From positions 558,001-622,000 of the forward strand of contig VJWM01000134.1 in assembly GCA_010909165.1 (NCBI GenBank): 64,000 nt of DNA, in the 5' to 3' direction. The position numbers and the translations under genes were made by a program. The stretch comes from Anthoceros angustus (lineage: Eukaryota > Plantae > Anthocerotophyta). The notes under the pieces are model-generated. The model saw only the letters and a program-made list of their open reading frames with translations, made no database searches and was not told where the DNA came from. Shown piece after piece: positions 48,986-63,329 of this stretch (positions are counted from its first letter, which is position 1; every line of letters begins with the position of its first letter).

Positions 48986-51903
48986 GTTGCAGCTTTTGCA
49001 GCAACAGCAGCAGCAAACGCAGGCCCTGTTAGCTGCTTCTCCGGCCAAGACTGCGCAGATTGAGCCTGGGATGTGCGCGAGAAGGCTCATGCAGTACATG
49101 TTCCACCAGCGGCATCGCCCTGATGTAAGCTCCGTCCTGCTTTAGTCTGCCGTTTCCGACATCCCGCATTCCCATCACCCTCCCCTGCTCACCTTGTTGC
49201 TTCCCTTGCCAGGACAACAACATCGGCTTCTGGCGGAAGTTCGTGGCTGAGTACTTCGGCCCGCGGGCAAAGAAGCGCTGGTGCGTCTCGTTGTATGGAA
49301 GTGGCGGACGGCAACCTACTGGTGTCTTCCCCCAGGTATCGTGGGGCTAGGGGCTGCTCTTCTGTCCATTCCGCGTCGTGCATTCGGGGCTCGGAACTTA
49401 CCTCCTCTGCTATGGCAGGATGTGTGGCATTGTGAAATATGTGGAACAAGGCCGGGTAGAGGTTTTGGTAAGCTGTTTGCACCTTCCCCTCGATCACAAC
49501 GGCAGAATGAGCAGATGTGCCTGTTTCGCTCTTTCTGCGTGTTGGTGGCCAGGCGCTCCTTCTTGAGCTGTTCCGTCAATTGCTGCTGCTCTGATGTTAT
49601 GGTGGTGGACTCTTGGCGTGTGGCTGGGATCCAGAAACGACTGTAGAAGTTCTTCCGAGACTGAGTAAGATAAAGTACGACAGCGGTATAACGGAAGAGC
49701 TGCTCTTTGTCGACATGCCGCATGAGTATCGCCTGAATTCGGGCCATATTGTTCTCGAATATGGCAAGGCCATCCAAGAAAGCGTCTTCGATACAATTCG
49801 AGTCGTGCGAGATGGGCAACTCAGAATCATCTTCTATCCAGACTTGAAGGTATAGGGTTCAGTGCGGCTTGACATATGAACATACCAATTTCATGCACTC
49901 TTCCTCAGCTTTTCTGATATTTTCTTTTGAATGGGTATTACACAATACCTCCTTTCTGGGAGGTTGTTGCCGGTCGTGAAGTATTGAACACTTGTTTGTT
50001 TCTCGGTACCCTGCCTACATTTTCCATAGCGCACCTCTGATAACCCTGCGATTTCTGACGGTCCAGATAAAGTCCTGGGAATTTTGTGCTCGTAGTCACG
50101 AGGAACTTCTTTCTCGAAGATTGATCGTTCCGCAGGTAACTAGCTGCCATGTTTATCGAATTGTGTTTTTGTCCTTTCGTTTGATTCCTTCATATGCGTA
50201 AAAGCTTGATTGCAACTCACCCTGGGAAGTCCTTGTGTGCAGGTGAGTCAATTGACAAGCATTGCGCAAAAGTATAATGCTGCAACACAAAACGGTAGCT
50301 CCAACCTCAGTCTGCAGGAAATGCAAACAAATTGCCATTTGTAAGTTTCTATTTTCTTCTCATTTAACAATGTCGGGCGATGCGATGCGTTGTCCACGGT
50401 ATGTGTCGTTGGTGGAAACTAGTAATAGTATGTTGTAAAAGTTTTCGGTTTCTCATGTCTCCAGGTTTGTTACAAGTGCAAGACAACTGGCAAGAAATCT
50501 GGAAGTGCCACCTGTGAACGATCTCGGGTACACAAAGAGATATGTTCGGTGCCTCCAGGTGTGCCTAGGAAAGATATGGCTGAGGTGCATCTATGGTATC
50601 ACCCTTGTCTCTCGGGACTAACTTGGTCCGCTGTTCCTTTCCAGATATCAGAGGTCGTGAACAGCATGAAAGATTTAATTGATTTCAGCCGGGATAATGA
50701 CATTGGCCCTACAGGTATGTTAGTGACATAGATGTGAACTTGTTGCAGCAAGCTCGGGATGGTCCACTCTGGGAGTTCGTTTTCTTATCTTCCATTTTGC
50801 TTCGTGTCATGTGTACAGCAAGTCTACTGAATTTTCCTCGGAAAAATTCAACTGCCGGTGTGGTGCAAAGCCAGTGTTTCTCTCAACATTCAGATCCACA
50901 GGTAGGGGCATCTTTGCTTGGGGAGCAGGTATCCAGTGTTTTACATCCTCTCCACCTTAGCAATGGGGGTAGCCATGCTGGAAATGCTTTGAACGGTGCT
51001 CCTCAAAATTCCAACCCCCTGAGCTCCTTCCCATCCTTGGTTCTTCGCACTGGTTTGAACACTTCACAAAACTTGCAGGCCAGTGTCCCGAACTCCATGT
51101 CAAATCCCCTCCAAAATGCGACGACTGGGATGTCTGGCTCTTTGCAGCAGGCATCACAGGCAAACCCAGTATGTTTTCAGAACTCCGTCTCATCAATTTC
51201 TGGACCCCTTCAACCAGCTCCCTTGAACAACGTCCTCTCCAGCACAATCCAGGAAGGCTCAGCTGCAAGTTTGTTGCAACAGAGTCCCCTTCAGTCCACC
51301 CAAATCAGTCAGCAGGATACCCAGAATGTTGTCCAACATTTTTTGCAAGAAATGATGATGAATCAGCAGATGACTGGAAGTGGCTCATTCCAGCAAAATG
51401 TTGGAGCTAGAGATGTTCTAGGTTCTATCTCAGCGCGTACTGGGTATGGTGGAAGCTTAAATGGCATGACCACTGGCGGTTCCTTGAGCAATGGGTCTGG
51501 AGGGATGGGGAATGGCAATGGATTGGTGGGGAGCCACGTAGGGAGCAACAACTCGTTTGCAGCAAATGCAGGAAGCTTGGGTACCATGGGTGGTGGGCTT
51601 AACAGTAGCATAAGGAATATGGGGGCTAATGTCGGCTCGCTGGGAAATATGAGCGCTATGAATACTCTCAGCGGGAGACTGAATTTGGCTTCTGTGACTC
51701 AAGGTCAGAGTCCGCAGTTGACACAAGGGCAGAGTCTGCAGTTGACACAAGGTCAGAACCTGCAGTTGACACAAGGTCAGAGTCTGCAGCTGCAGGACCC
51801 GAGTAACAGCCTTCAGCATGACTTGGCAGGGAACGGGCTCTTAGGCAACCTGGGCACATCTGCTGGGTTTGGTGGGCTACAGTACACCTGGAAGTCCCCC
51901 TGA
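47865..51903 (+). CDS. SEU: SEUSS/SEUSS-like transcriptional co-regulator (LIM-binding domain) with long polyQ tracts; the frame is open upstream to 47403
   Basis: CARRLMQYMFHQRHRP, DNNIGFWRKFVAEYF...KKRWCVSLYG, WHCEICGTRPGRGFE, IKYDSG..EELLFVDMP, SWEFCARSHEELL, VNDLGYTKRYVRCLQISEVVNSMKDLIDF. SEU versus SLK subclade is not resolved. Confidence 0.9.
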
Positions 51904-53629
51904 CAGGAATACTTTCACATGGTATTCATGGGATGGTAACTTCATTTGTTCCTACTTTCCTGATAGCCACGGAGGAGGGTCTCTCATGGAAAATTTTTCC
52001 GGATGGCCAGTCAACGAAGTGGTTGGCTGTGGAGGTGTAGCCATGGTGACGGTTGTGTCTAAACTTTGCGGATGTGCACTGCTCTCAGCAATGGAATATC
52101 AGCTCAACCAAAGGTCAGACTTGCATGTATCTGGAGGTTTGACACCACAAGTTCCCGCCATGCACTGAAATGTCCTGCATATTGTTAAGTGAATCATTTC
52201 TCCCGTGCCATACAAGTTGACCCTCATCAGAGCGAGGGCAGGATTTGTCATGCATTCAGCACTGACAAAAGGATGCGGGTCAGGCTTAGGTACTCTGGCA
52301 TTGAAACCTTCTGTTTATCGGTTAACTTATGTAGCTGGGTTTAGATGCTACTAACAAGTGGATGGGCTCCATGCTGCTGACATGTCGATTGAGGGGATGA
52401 CTTCTCCTCCCCCCACAAACTGACCTGCCCCAGATTGTGATGGACAGTTTTGTTCCAGCGGTACATTATGTAATTTACTAAGATCCCAGATTGGAGGGGT
52501 AATTTGATGCATGTTCAGGCAGCATCAGTTTTGAAGCCAATAGTTAGCTGCTTGGTTTAGAATTTGTACAAGCGGATATGCAATACGGGAAATCCCAAGC
52601 TATGCATCTCCAGACTTTTCTCGGGTTGGCAGAAGCTCTAGCAGTGGAAAGGTATCATCAACGTTTTGTTTCTTATGGTGCATGCCATTCAGTCTGCTGT
52701 GTCTGGTACCATCAGGAATGTCGCGGTGTAAGTTTCTATGGTTCACACAGTGATGCTTTAACTGTTGCTTAAGCTTCTCCTCTTTATGCTGCTCTGAAGT
52801 ACACTTCCGATGGATCTCCCACGGAGGAACTCCGGTTGTTGAGATGTGGCTTGGGCGTTGGTTGGCATTGCCAATGGTTACTTTGCTGCAGACCCTGAAG
52901 GAACGAGTCAACGTGTCTTATTCTTCACAGGAGAAGACTCAGCTATGTCGGTGGAAGAAAGTCTGTGTTGTATGGATTGTGTCACTGGACAAAACTCCTC
53001 GTCGCCCACGTTACACAAACCAATGTATCATATACAGTGTTGACTGATGGTACCGGATGTAGGTCTGGCTGTCTGGCACGACTGATGGACGTGCTGTGGC
53101 AATGTCGGATTCCAGGGCGGAGTACGATACGGAAATAAAGAACATTTATTTCCAGATTTAAAGCTGGAAAGGTTATAGTCTACGTTTAATGGTAAGCATT
53201 GTACATATCCAATTCCTACCCGATCATTTTCCTAATCCGATGTGACCAATTAATAACCGTGTGCAGCGCCCTCTGTCCAACGTCCATGTAGCCAAGCTGG
53301 GCAAGGTGCAGCTGCCAGATTGCGGTCAGGGAATGTGCCAACGTTTCCATGAAAGCGCGTCTCGTCATAAAGCTCCCACGTTCTGCATACGCGTACATGA
53401 CTTGCCGAAGCAGATACTGGATCTCCTTTCTCTGAACAGACAACAAGCGTGGTCCTTGGGATATAGCCTCAGGGCCTCTCAGCATATCCATTCGAGCCAG
53501 GGTTAGGATGACACCGCTAATCGGGTGTCCAGTGTGTACAGATAATGTGATTTGTCACGAACTTCTGTCGTGAACCGTGCAATTGTGGCTCAGCTTCCTG
53601 CAATCTCTTATATGTAACTACTTTCAGCT

Positions 53630-53845
53630 CGGACGTTACTGGTGACCTATTGATTGAAAGCTAGAAAAGGTTACAAAGCTAGAAAAAGTTACTGGTGACA
53701 TATTGATTAAAAGCTTGAAAAAGTTACTGGTGACATATTGATTGAAAGCTTAAAAGTTGAAAAAAAAGGCCTTGTTTGCTTTGATTGAAAGCTTAAAAGT
53801 TCAAAAAAAAGGCCTTGTTTACTTTGATTAAAAGCTTAAAAAGAT
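53630..53845. repeat. AT-rich short tandem duplications (GTTACTGGTGACATATTGATTGAAAGCT units; AAAAGGCCTTGTTT units)
   Basis: Directly visible. Confidence 0.8.
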
Positions 53846-53872
53846 ATCATCGAACTCGTGTAGCTTTGTGAA

Positions 53873-53960
53873 GGAGTCGAACCCACACTCTCACACTTGT
53901 TAGGGAGTCGAACCCACACTCTCACACTTGTTAGGGAGTCTAACCCACACACTCTCACTC
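53873..53960 (-). repeat. Three ~31-32 bp tandem units containing a tRNA B-box-like GGGTTCGACTCC on the minus strand
   Basis: GGAGTCGAACCCACACTCTCACACTTGTTAG occurs twice, followed by a degenerate third copy. Confidence 0.7.
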
Positions 53961-54674
53961 CCCTGTGGATGCTCCAGCCCTTTCTGAGTTATCAGTGCTT
54001 ATTACTGCTACCGAAGTCGACTCATAAATGTATGTGTCTCGTGAGGCCGGTTGGCTAGTGACCTCTGGCAAGAAACGCGCAGGGCCTGAATCTACTCATA
54101 TTGAGTCGTTCGACTCACTTTTTGAGCTCTTGAATTTCTTTCACACAGGGATGCCACTTGAAACCGGATTTCACAAGATGCCTCTCCCCAACGGCGTCTA
54201 CCTACGTCTACCTATGGTTCTTCTGAATTGAATTGGAGGCGCTCGCACCTGAAACTCCTTGAGCCGTAAGAGCCATGCGTTGGAGAAGATATGTGGCAAG
54301 CGTATATGAAGTCCCTGGACCACTCACGGCAGCTTGTCATTCATGTTTTTCTCTAAGAAACAAGCTCAGAACACAGCGAAACGAGCAAATCACAGCAGAC
54401 TATGCGGATTATGGTTTGGAGCTTGGTCTTGGTAGCACGTCCATGCTACCCGTGTCCCGAGAAGACATCCGGTCAGCGAAGCACAAACGAGCCCAGACTG
54501 ATAAGCCGTGCAATGCTTCCGAAGCTGATACAGCATGCCTATGAGACAGAATTCCCTTGACGGTCCTGATCCGACGGGACAGGAAGTCAGGAACCCCTAA
54601 ACTAGGTTCGGCATAACCCCCTGCAGACTCGATGCCAGTTTCGGACCCCTGACCCTTCGCAGCCTTTTGCCGCA

Positions 54675-56179
54675 ATGGAGCGTGTGGCCTTGCGGACGGT
54701 GTGCTGTAATGTGCCTGCACTTCAGCAAATTGCAGCGGAAGTGCCCGCCGGCCGCTGTGTCTGTGGTACCTCCATCCCTAAAGGCTTTCTGGGTCTCAGC
54801 TGGGATGGAAGGTCTCTGCTCCCAGCACCGAAAAGGATGGAGTATGTGAAAACAAGGGCACATTTTGGGGTAGCTGCAAGTGAGGATGATCGGCAGCTTC
54901 CACACGAGCGGAATCGCACCTCAGGTTTGCCCTGCCGGGGGCCTAATGTCCCACGAGCATTGGCAAGGGCGGAGCCGGTCTCCACTCCAGAGGTGCATGC
55001 TTTCTCCTCAGATTGTGTGGACTGCCACAGGTGTATGGTTGCATGTTAGGTTTGTGGGCATTGGAATCCTAGGCAGCAACGGGCGGAGGAGACTTGCATA
55101 GAATGACGTCTGGCAGGCCAGACTTGGGCTGATGATCCATGTAGGTGTTTGTCTGCTACTCGGTTTTGGGAATTGGGCGACCAAGATGTTGAGCCTCATT
55201 GAAAGCGAATTCTTCAGGTGGAGGCGTTTTTGGACTTGATCAAATGGGACAGCAAGGGGCTTGCAGTGGCTATTGCACAGCATGTAGACACGGGCGCCAT
55301 TCTGATGCAGGGGTTTGTAAATCGTGATGCAGTTTCTGCAACATTGGCGTCATGTAGGGCAACCTTTTTCAGTCGGAGCAGGTCTCAGTTATGGACTAAG
55401 GGAGAGACGTCTTCAAATTTCATCGAAGTGGAAGATGTCTTTCTAGACTGCGACAGTGATTCGGTATGACGTCGTGACCTTCTTGCGCTGTCTTATATGC
55501 TGATCATAGGCCTGTTCTGACGGGGCAATGCTGTGACAAGATTATTTATCTGGGAAAACCTGACGGACCAACATGTCACACCGGAGCTGAAACATGCTAC
55601 TTCACATCGGCCTCTCAGAAGGGACTACTTGCAAAACGGGTCAGTTAGCAGATTGTCTTCCCTGGATTTTGCCGCTGTGCATGTCAACTCTGCAGCAACT
55701 CGGGCTCGAACTGGGTGTGTTTCAGACGGCGCCTTCAACGCAGGCACTCACAACCTTGTACTCTCTGGAAGCCACAATTGCAGCCCGGAAAGTTGAGCTT
55801 TCGTCAGATACTGCGAAACCTTCTTGGACGAAGAAGCTTTTAACCAATCAAAGCCTACTCTGTTCGAAGATCAGGTCTGTTATCCTCTTGGTTGTCCATC
55901 GTTGGGAGTTGAATCGTTGAACTTTCCTCACTTGGCATGATCTGTGCTTCCATCCACAGAGAAGAAGCAGATGAGCTGTGCCGAACAGTCGAGCAGAACG
56001 AGGGCAAGCAAAGGACAGCCTCTGAAATGGCGGATGTTTTGTATCATACCATGGTGCTCCTGTCCGTGCAAGATGTCAAAATGGAAGAAGTCCTCGACCT
56101 GCTGAGAGCAAGATTTGCTCAGTCTGGAGTGGAGGAAAAGAACAGCAGGAAACAGAAAACAGAAGCCCCTCGAGCCTGA
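54675..56179 (+). CDS. HISN2: Bifunctional PR-AMP cyclohydrolase / PR-ATP pyrophosphohydrolase (HisIE), plastid-targeted, multi-exon
   Basis: IKWDSKGLAVAIAQHVDTGAILMQGF, FFSRSRSQLWTKGETS, DCDSDS, GPTCHTGAETCYF, KIREEADEL, SEMADVLYH. Confidence 0.93.
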
Positions 56180-56729
56180 ATGTTACATTCACCATGGTCT
56201 GTAATTTACCTGAAGTCCGTCTTGTTCCAAGCAAGGCGGACAGATTTTGTGTCTGCTTTATCGTGCATCCACTCTGCAAGTAGAAGAATCCTCTGCAAGT
56301 AGGGATATTCGGACACAGAGCAGTACGTTGTGGGCTTGTGGCATGCCCGACGACACGTGTCTCCTCATTCCAAGGTCGATGTCTAAACACCCGGGTTCCC
56401 CGCGGATCACCCTGGCCCCTCATCCAGTCTACGCCCTGCACGCCATAGATCTGTTCGTGTCGCTCGAAAGCTTTTCGTGCACGTTTGTATCAGTTTTAGA
56501 ACAACAGTGGCCACGTCTGCGCAAAGTGCTGAAACCGCTGGATTGACAGGTTAATGAAGGATCCGCATTTCGCTGCTTCCGATTGGGAAAATGGGCGTGC
56601 TCCTGCTTGTCTGCTACTAGGAGAATTGTGTCCTCCCCTTCATCTGTTGCTGGGTTACCAGGTCCAGACGCTTGATCATCGCTCTCGGCTTTTCTGTGGG
56701 CTGCGGGGTGCGGCAAATTGGCTTCCCGA

Positions 56730-59700
56730 ATGGCCAGCTTGACCCTGAAGGATGTGCCCTTCCAGGCAATTCAGTCCTCCTCATCAGACAGGAAGATTGC
56801 GGGCCAAAGAATCAAGGGCAGGGTGGCAGCAAGGAGCATCAGGAGGGTTGTATTTGTCTCGGCTAACGTGTGCAGCAGCTCAGCATGTGGGGAGAGTACA
56901 AGCGACGGATTGTTGTTGTCCCGTGGCGGGTACGGTGGACACAGAATTGCTGCCGTAGCCAGAGGTTTTCAAGCTGGGAGGGGATATGGTAGGAGTAGAG
57001 ATTTGGGCTTCCCGTCTGTGGACTTGTTGTGCCCTTCCTGCGCATCTGCAGCGAGAACCGGATTGCGAGCCACACCCTCCAAATTCCGTGAAGCAGCTGT
57101 GCAGGATGGGGAGAATATAGAGCCAGATATGGTAGAAGATAAGAGTGACGGTAGGGAATTGACCGTGGACATTACTGGGGATGGCGAGCGTGGAAGCTGG
57201 TGGAATGATCTGCCAGAGAGATACAAGGCTATCTTCGCAACATCGCTGGCATTTGTTATTTGTAACATGGACAAGGTTAGTAGCGCTCGTGGCAATGAGG
57301 ACATCTCACTGGTTGGCTTTTATCCCATGGAGTTGATACGGAGCCTTTTGCGCAGAACAGGTGAATATGAGCATTGCGATTATTCCTATGTCTCACCAGC
57401 TGGGATGGAATGCTTCAACAGCAGGGCTAGTTCAGTCTTCCTTCTTCTGGGGGTATGCTCTGAGTCAGCTGCCGGGCGGGTGGCTCGCGAAAACCTTCAC
57501 AGGGAAGTGAGTACAGGCCAACTCTTTCTTGCACCTACTTCGCAAGACGTGCAGATCACCAGGATGTTTCCCATGTGGACGTCAAGCTGTATGCCTGAGT
57601 GTTTGTGGAAAACGTGCAGGAGGATATTGCGTGCAGGGGTTTTACTGTGGTCCTTAGCCACTGCAGCTCTTCCAACTTTTGCTACTGTCATGCCAGCACT
57701 TCTTTTCAGTCGGCTAGCGGTCAGTTTCCGAATAGCACTCTCGACTGGAGCTGGACTACACTTCAGATGGCGTATTTTTTATGTTACCAGTCCTCGCTTG
57801 CATCTGTCAAAGCTTGGGTGTTGGTTCTGATTTTTGTGCAGGTGGGACTTGGAGAAGGAGTTTCTCCCTCAGCTGCAACAGATTTGATTGCAAGGTTTGC
57901 CTTGGCTGTAGATTTCCAATGTCTGTCTCGGTTTTGCTTGTTGTTCACACGGAAACTGCTCGCCGTTACCCTTTCCCTTGGGATGCTTAGCACTGTGACA
58001 CTCAAGGCTTTCTGATTTGCAGGACTATGCCTCCTACGGAACGCTCGAGAGCAGTGGCCTTTGTCTTTGGTGGACTCAATGTTGGCAGCGTGGCTGGGTA
58101 TGTATATCTGCTGCCTCGAAAGCATTGACGTTTTAGTGTTTCTTGTTCTTGTTTGTTAAAAGTTTGGGTCCAATTCATGCAGGCTTCTCATAGCTCCGCA
58201 GATAATTAAGACATATGGCTGGGAAACTGTCTTTTACATCTTCGGCCTGATTGGTATAATCTGGTGAGTTCTAGGCATGCTGTAACAAAGTCACCCTTTC
58301 CTTCTGTCGCACAGGTTGTGCTATAACGGACGTGTGTATGCATTCAGGTGCTTCGCGTTTGAGGGTTCATTGAGTGAGGGAGAAAAGGACTCGGCACAGG
58401 GCTCGCGAATAGCTAGTAAGAAAAGTTTGTCCCAGAAGGAAATCAGTCTATCTGTGCCAATGAGTTTCTGTTTGCAAGACTGTTCTGCCATTGAATTTCC
58501 CCACTGAAGCCAGAATTGAGTCTTGTTTGTTTCGCGTTAGGGGAGGATGGCAAACCTGAGAAGGCCAGGTTGAGAATCGCAGATACTAAGGAGATAGATT
58601 CAGAAGCCAAAGGCGTTGAGACGGATAATGAAGTAAGGGTTCGGTTTTTGTATTGTCGTGATATTGGTCTCATTGTCAAATGCCTTAGATGTATGACATT
58701 GGTCTTATTGTTGACATTCTATACTGCCTGAATGTACTTCAGTCAGTCCCATGGAAGGAAATCCTCAAGAGCCCAGCAGTCTGGGCAATGATCTATGCAC
58801 ACTTCTGTGGGAACTGGGGTCACTACACTCTTCTGTCCTGGCTCCCCACGTACTTCAGGTGTGGCATGTGTTTCTTTCTATAGCTGTCAATCTGACAGAA
58901 TTCTTGTGAGATCTGACTGCACACCGCTCGAATTGGGCACGTTATCTAATGTTCACTTGCTGCTTGTTCACCAGTGAGGAGTTGAATTTGGACCTCACCA
59001 ATGCCGCAGCGGTAATTGGAACACTCCTTAAACTTCGATGTTTGCATCAGCCTTCTGGCCTTGTGATTCTTATGATGTGGATGTCTGCTGCAGGTATCAA
59101 TTCTACCTGCAGTGTGCTCCATAGGAGTGTCGAGCATAGCTGCCCCTCTAGCAGATAAACTCATCTCGAATGGAGTGGACACCACTCTGGTGCGGTTTCA
59201 TCAAGGATTAGTCGTCTTTTTTGGGAGGTAATCTCTGCTCAGGGTAAGGGACTGACAGTTTGTGACGGAGATGCAGGTCCGAAAAGTCTGCCAGAGCATT
59301 GCGTTCGTATCACCAGCTGCCTGTATGGCTATCGCCTGTTTAAACGATCATATGGCTCCCTGGGCTGTTGTGGGCATCTTGACTGCGGGAATTGGCCTGT
59401 CAAGTGTGGCATTTTCAGGTACAGACGAGTTCAGTCTCTGCCGACCTGTCCATTGTTTAAGAGAGTTTCACCTTCACCTTTTCGTTTGCTGTGCTCCACT
59501 GCAGGGTTGTACTGTACTCATCAGGATATCTCCCCCAAATATGCAAGCGTTTTGTTGGTACGATAAGCTGACTTCTTCTGACCATCTGAACGTAAGGGCC
59601 TTGTATCTCACATAACTAAATGCTGATCCACAGGGCATTACAAGCACGGCCGGAGCTATTCCTGGTGTCGTAGGTGTTGCATTGGTGGGTTACATATTCG

Positions 59701-59922
59701 ACGAAACTCAATCTTGGGATGTAAGTTCCCTTTCCCATCCACCTGTGTTTCTGCCCTTCCTGGCCGTTTCCAAACTTGCTTGTGACCCTGTTTCCTGTAC
59801 AGCTTGCCCTGTTTGTCCCGTCTATCTTCTTCTACCTCACTGGAGCAGTGGTCTGGAATCTCTTCGCCAGCAGTAAGCCCCAAAGTTTCGAGAGTGTCCC
59901 ACTGGAATCCAAGGCTAAGTAG
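56730..59922 (+). CDS. PHT4;5: Plastid PHT4/ANTR anion (phosphate) transporter, PHT4;5-like, multi-exon
   Basis: RYKAIFATSLAFVICNMDKVNMSIAIIPM, QSSFFWGYALSQLPGGW, GLGEGVSPSAATDLIAR, AVWAMIYAHFCGNWGHYTLLSWLPTYF, GLYCTHQDISPKYA. Confidence 0.9.
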
Positions 59923-60178
59923 GTTCACATCCAAGCAGGCATGTTAGGTTGGTAAGAATAAGAGGAAGTGCATACATGGAGGCTTGAGGATCCAACCATT
60001 TATAGATGTACAATAGTACGTTGTGACCGCTGTCAATGGCAGTTGGACGGTGTTCCACACGCAGATCACCTCCCAACCGGTGTGTACAGATGTTTCTGGA
60101 CCATAGTGCTGTACCTAATCCAAGTCGAATTGTAATTCGATGTACAGTAAATGGAATGGTAAGCGTAACGAGACCAGT

Positions 60179-61093
60179 TCACGAAGTCCTGCTGTCCCTG
60201 GGCCTGAGCAAACCAGCCCACTTGCCCAGTAGATCATGTGGACTAGCATCCATACGAGTACCCACTCCACCCCAGACAAGCAAGTGGGGGAGATCTTGCA
60301 GCTGCCCTCCAGTCACCTCATGGACAGGCCTGAATCCGAACCAACTGTAGTACCTGACAAGCTGCATCAGCAGGTTATCAGGAGCAAGATTTGATACCTT
60401 CTCAGCTCAAGGTCTCGAAGCCTCGTTATTTACCTTTGCATGATATTCAGGGGAGTCGTTGATGGCCAGCAGCTCAGCTTTCACGCAGGAGCAGTCTACG
60501 CCATGCCGCAAAGCAACTGCTCCTACAAAGAGTCCCACACCCAGCAAGGATGACCGCCTCCGAGCCGACAACTTCGTCAACCTTATCGACTCCAAATGCA
60601 GTATCCTTCCTCCCAACCAAGGCAGCACAAACCCTTGCGCTCGCCCTAGATCTCCCCCATCCAAGCTCCAGGCCTGTATACTAAAGCCGGCACCGAGGCT
60701 TTTGAGCTCCAGCCTCGCTCCCTTCTCCTCTGCCGCTGCCAAAATCTCTGCCATGGAAGGCAAACTGTCAAGGCCCTCGTCCCTTCCACCATGCTGCCTA
60801 CCACTCCCCGCATCTACACCTTTCGATGACATGCTCACCTCCTCCTCGCCAGTTGACATGCCAGCAGCTGACATGCCGAATGCAACAGCAAACAGAGTTG
60901 AGGAGCATTGTGCTCTGCTTGCACGCACTTTCCTTCGACTGCTGCCCTTCCTCTTCAGCCAAGGCAATCCCAACCCTGTGCAACCATGCTGCAACGCCAG
61001 AGGGTGGGGCAGCGCATTGTAGCTCTTCGCAGTTCTCGGGCATGAGGCTGCATTCGTGAACGAAGGAACAGGAGGGTGCAACACGGCATCCAT
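60179..61093 (-). CDS. Conserved plastid-type protein of unknown function (GNAT-like features); exons 61093-60434, 60361-60179
   Basis: Transit-peptide-like N-terminus, then LHLESIR, AELLAIND..YHAK|LVRYYSWFGF, LVWGGVGTRMD. Confidence 0.75.
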
Positions 61094-62183
61094 GTTGGGC
61101 GGATGCAGAAAGCAACTTGCACATACGAGTATGGACGCAATGAAGGATCTGTTCAGGCTGGTCCACATACGCCGAAGTGTTTACCAAAACAATGCACCTC
61201 GATTATATGATGACACAAGTCATTGATGAGTGTTGATATGCAAGGGCACACTTGCAGCTGGTCCCTCTTGCAAAGAGAGAACCTTAGAAACTCTGCAACT
61301 ACGGCTCTGCTAACGTCATTTCTCTTGGACTAACGATTCCACATGTGACATCACTTCTCATCCACCGCTTGAGATTTTACCTGCCTGTGAGAACAATTTT
61401 GGGTGTCAGCTACATGACCAAAAGAGAAAGCAGAGAAGAGAAGACAGTACCAGAGACAGCTTCCTCCACTCACTCTGCCAGTCTCGATGCCTCGCACGCT
61501 TACCCAACAGCACATGTCCAAAACTGAGGAACTTTACCACCTGCTTTACAACTTCGTTTCCAGTGCTGCGTATTTTACAGCACACTCACAAGAGGTATGC
61601 ACGCGATCTTGATGACCCACCAGCCCTTTTGTAAGTGGGTGCGAAACACTGGACACTGCACATCGGACACTGGACACTGGAACTTCCTCTCAGGGTCGCT
61701 CGGGAGTCTCACTTCCATTTCAGTGACCATACACAACATGCTCGTTTTAACACTCTCCATCCGTCAGTTCAAAGAGCCAAAGTCTGGAGAAGAAATTCAA
61801 GTCGCCCTAGGGTCAGATCCAGATCGGAGCTTATCCCGTGAAGTCCCAATACAACCAGCGACAGACTCCAGCGCAAAGGATAACAATGCACAGCATTTTG
61901 CTGGGAAATTCCCTGCCTCACGTTGCCGGCCCGGCGATAATCGTGGGCATGTAAAACGTCAGGCCCGCAGGAGCAGGATACAAGATCGAGAGAAGCTCTA
62001 CATGAAGAGATCCGCATTCATACGGATAATCAAGGTAGTAAATGTTGATGTTTTGCACAAGTCAATATCACGTTGTTTATGCGTCAAGCAGATCTCCTCA
62101 TGTAGACCCTCTGTCGCACTCTTCCTTCACCCCCATCGACCGCTTCTCTTGCTCGTTCTTGATTTTATAAGGAGCAGCCAGGC

Positions 62184-62347
62184 CAGTCTCTAGATCGAAG
62201 CAAGCTTGTAAAAAAAGATAGGTATCCCATTTATTCAAATCATACCCATGGATAATATGCTGTGTAGTCTCTAGATCGAAGCAAGCTTGTAAAAAAAGAT
62301 AGGTATCCCATTTATTCAAATCATACCCATGGATAATATGCTGTGTA
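62184..62347. repeat. Perfect ~82 bp tandem duplication
   Basis: AGTCTCTAGATCGAAGC...ATGCTGTGT occurs twice head-to-tail. Confidence 0.9.
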
Positions 62348-63329
62348 TTCATGAGCTTCTCTGTCTTTGAAAACCATCACTCTTTCAAATTATACCCATA
62401 TTTCGAACCATATGCATGGATAACATGTTGTATATTTATGATGCATTTTATATTATTTTTATATAATAATATTTTAATTTATGGAAGAAGTTTTCAAAAA
62501 ATAATTAAAGGTCCATCACAATTGGTTAGTGCATGTGAATCACGTAACGTTATCTTCTTCTTTTTAAAGTATTTTATGCGTCTTTGGGTAGCCATCAAAA
62601 TTAGTTGAAAGAGAATGAGAGAGGTTTTACATGATGAGATATGCATTCATACGGATAAACAAGGAGTTCAATATTGATGTTTTTCACACATCAATATCAT
62701 GCTGGTTGTGTGGCATGCAAATCTCCTCATGTAGAGCTTCCTCGCCTTCCTTTGCCCCTCATTGGCTTCTTGATTCCATGAGGAGCTATGATCTCTAAGT
62801 TAGAGCAACAACCAAAACTTACAAAAACATGAGGCAAGCTTATAACTGAAGACTGTATAAAGAAAGATTATATGATTCTAAACCTGCTAGGACTAGCTAG
62901 CTCTTATGTCCTTTGAAAATCATGGATGCTTTAAATTAGACCTATGAAAACCTGGCTGAATATATATGAGGTAATACATATTATTTAAATATAATTTATC
63001 TTGCTTATAGACCACCTAATATTATATTTTTAAGTATTTTATGCTTATATAGTTATATATATACCCAATAGTTATGCTATTTTGTATATATATACATATG
63101 TAGTTAGTAGTTACGCTACTTTGCATATATGTATATGGATGTGCCTAATAATTACGTACCACCTACGACTTTTGAGTCAAAAGTGACATCGCGCAAAGTA
63201 CGTCGTAGAACGACGACAGTGCGAGAGGGCCGCGAGGGAGAGTGGACGGATGTCATGTGAACCCGAATTATGGTCTTCGCGACAATTTGGGCAGGGAACT
63301 GGTGGAAACGCTAGGCTTTTGAAAGGAAC

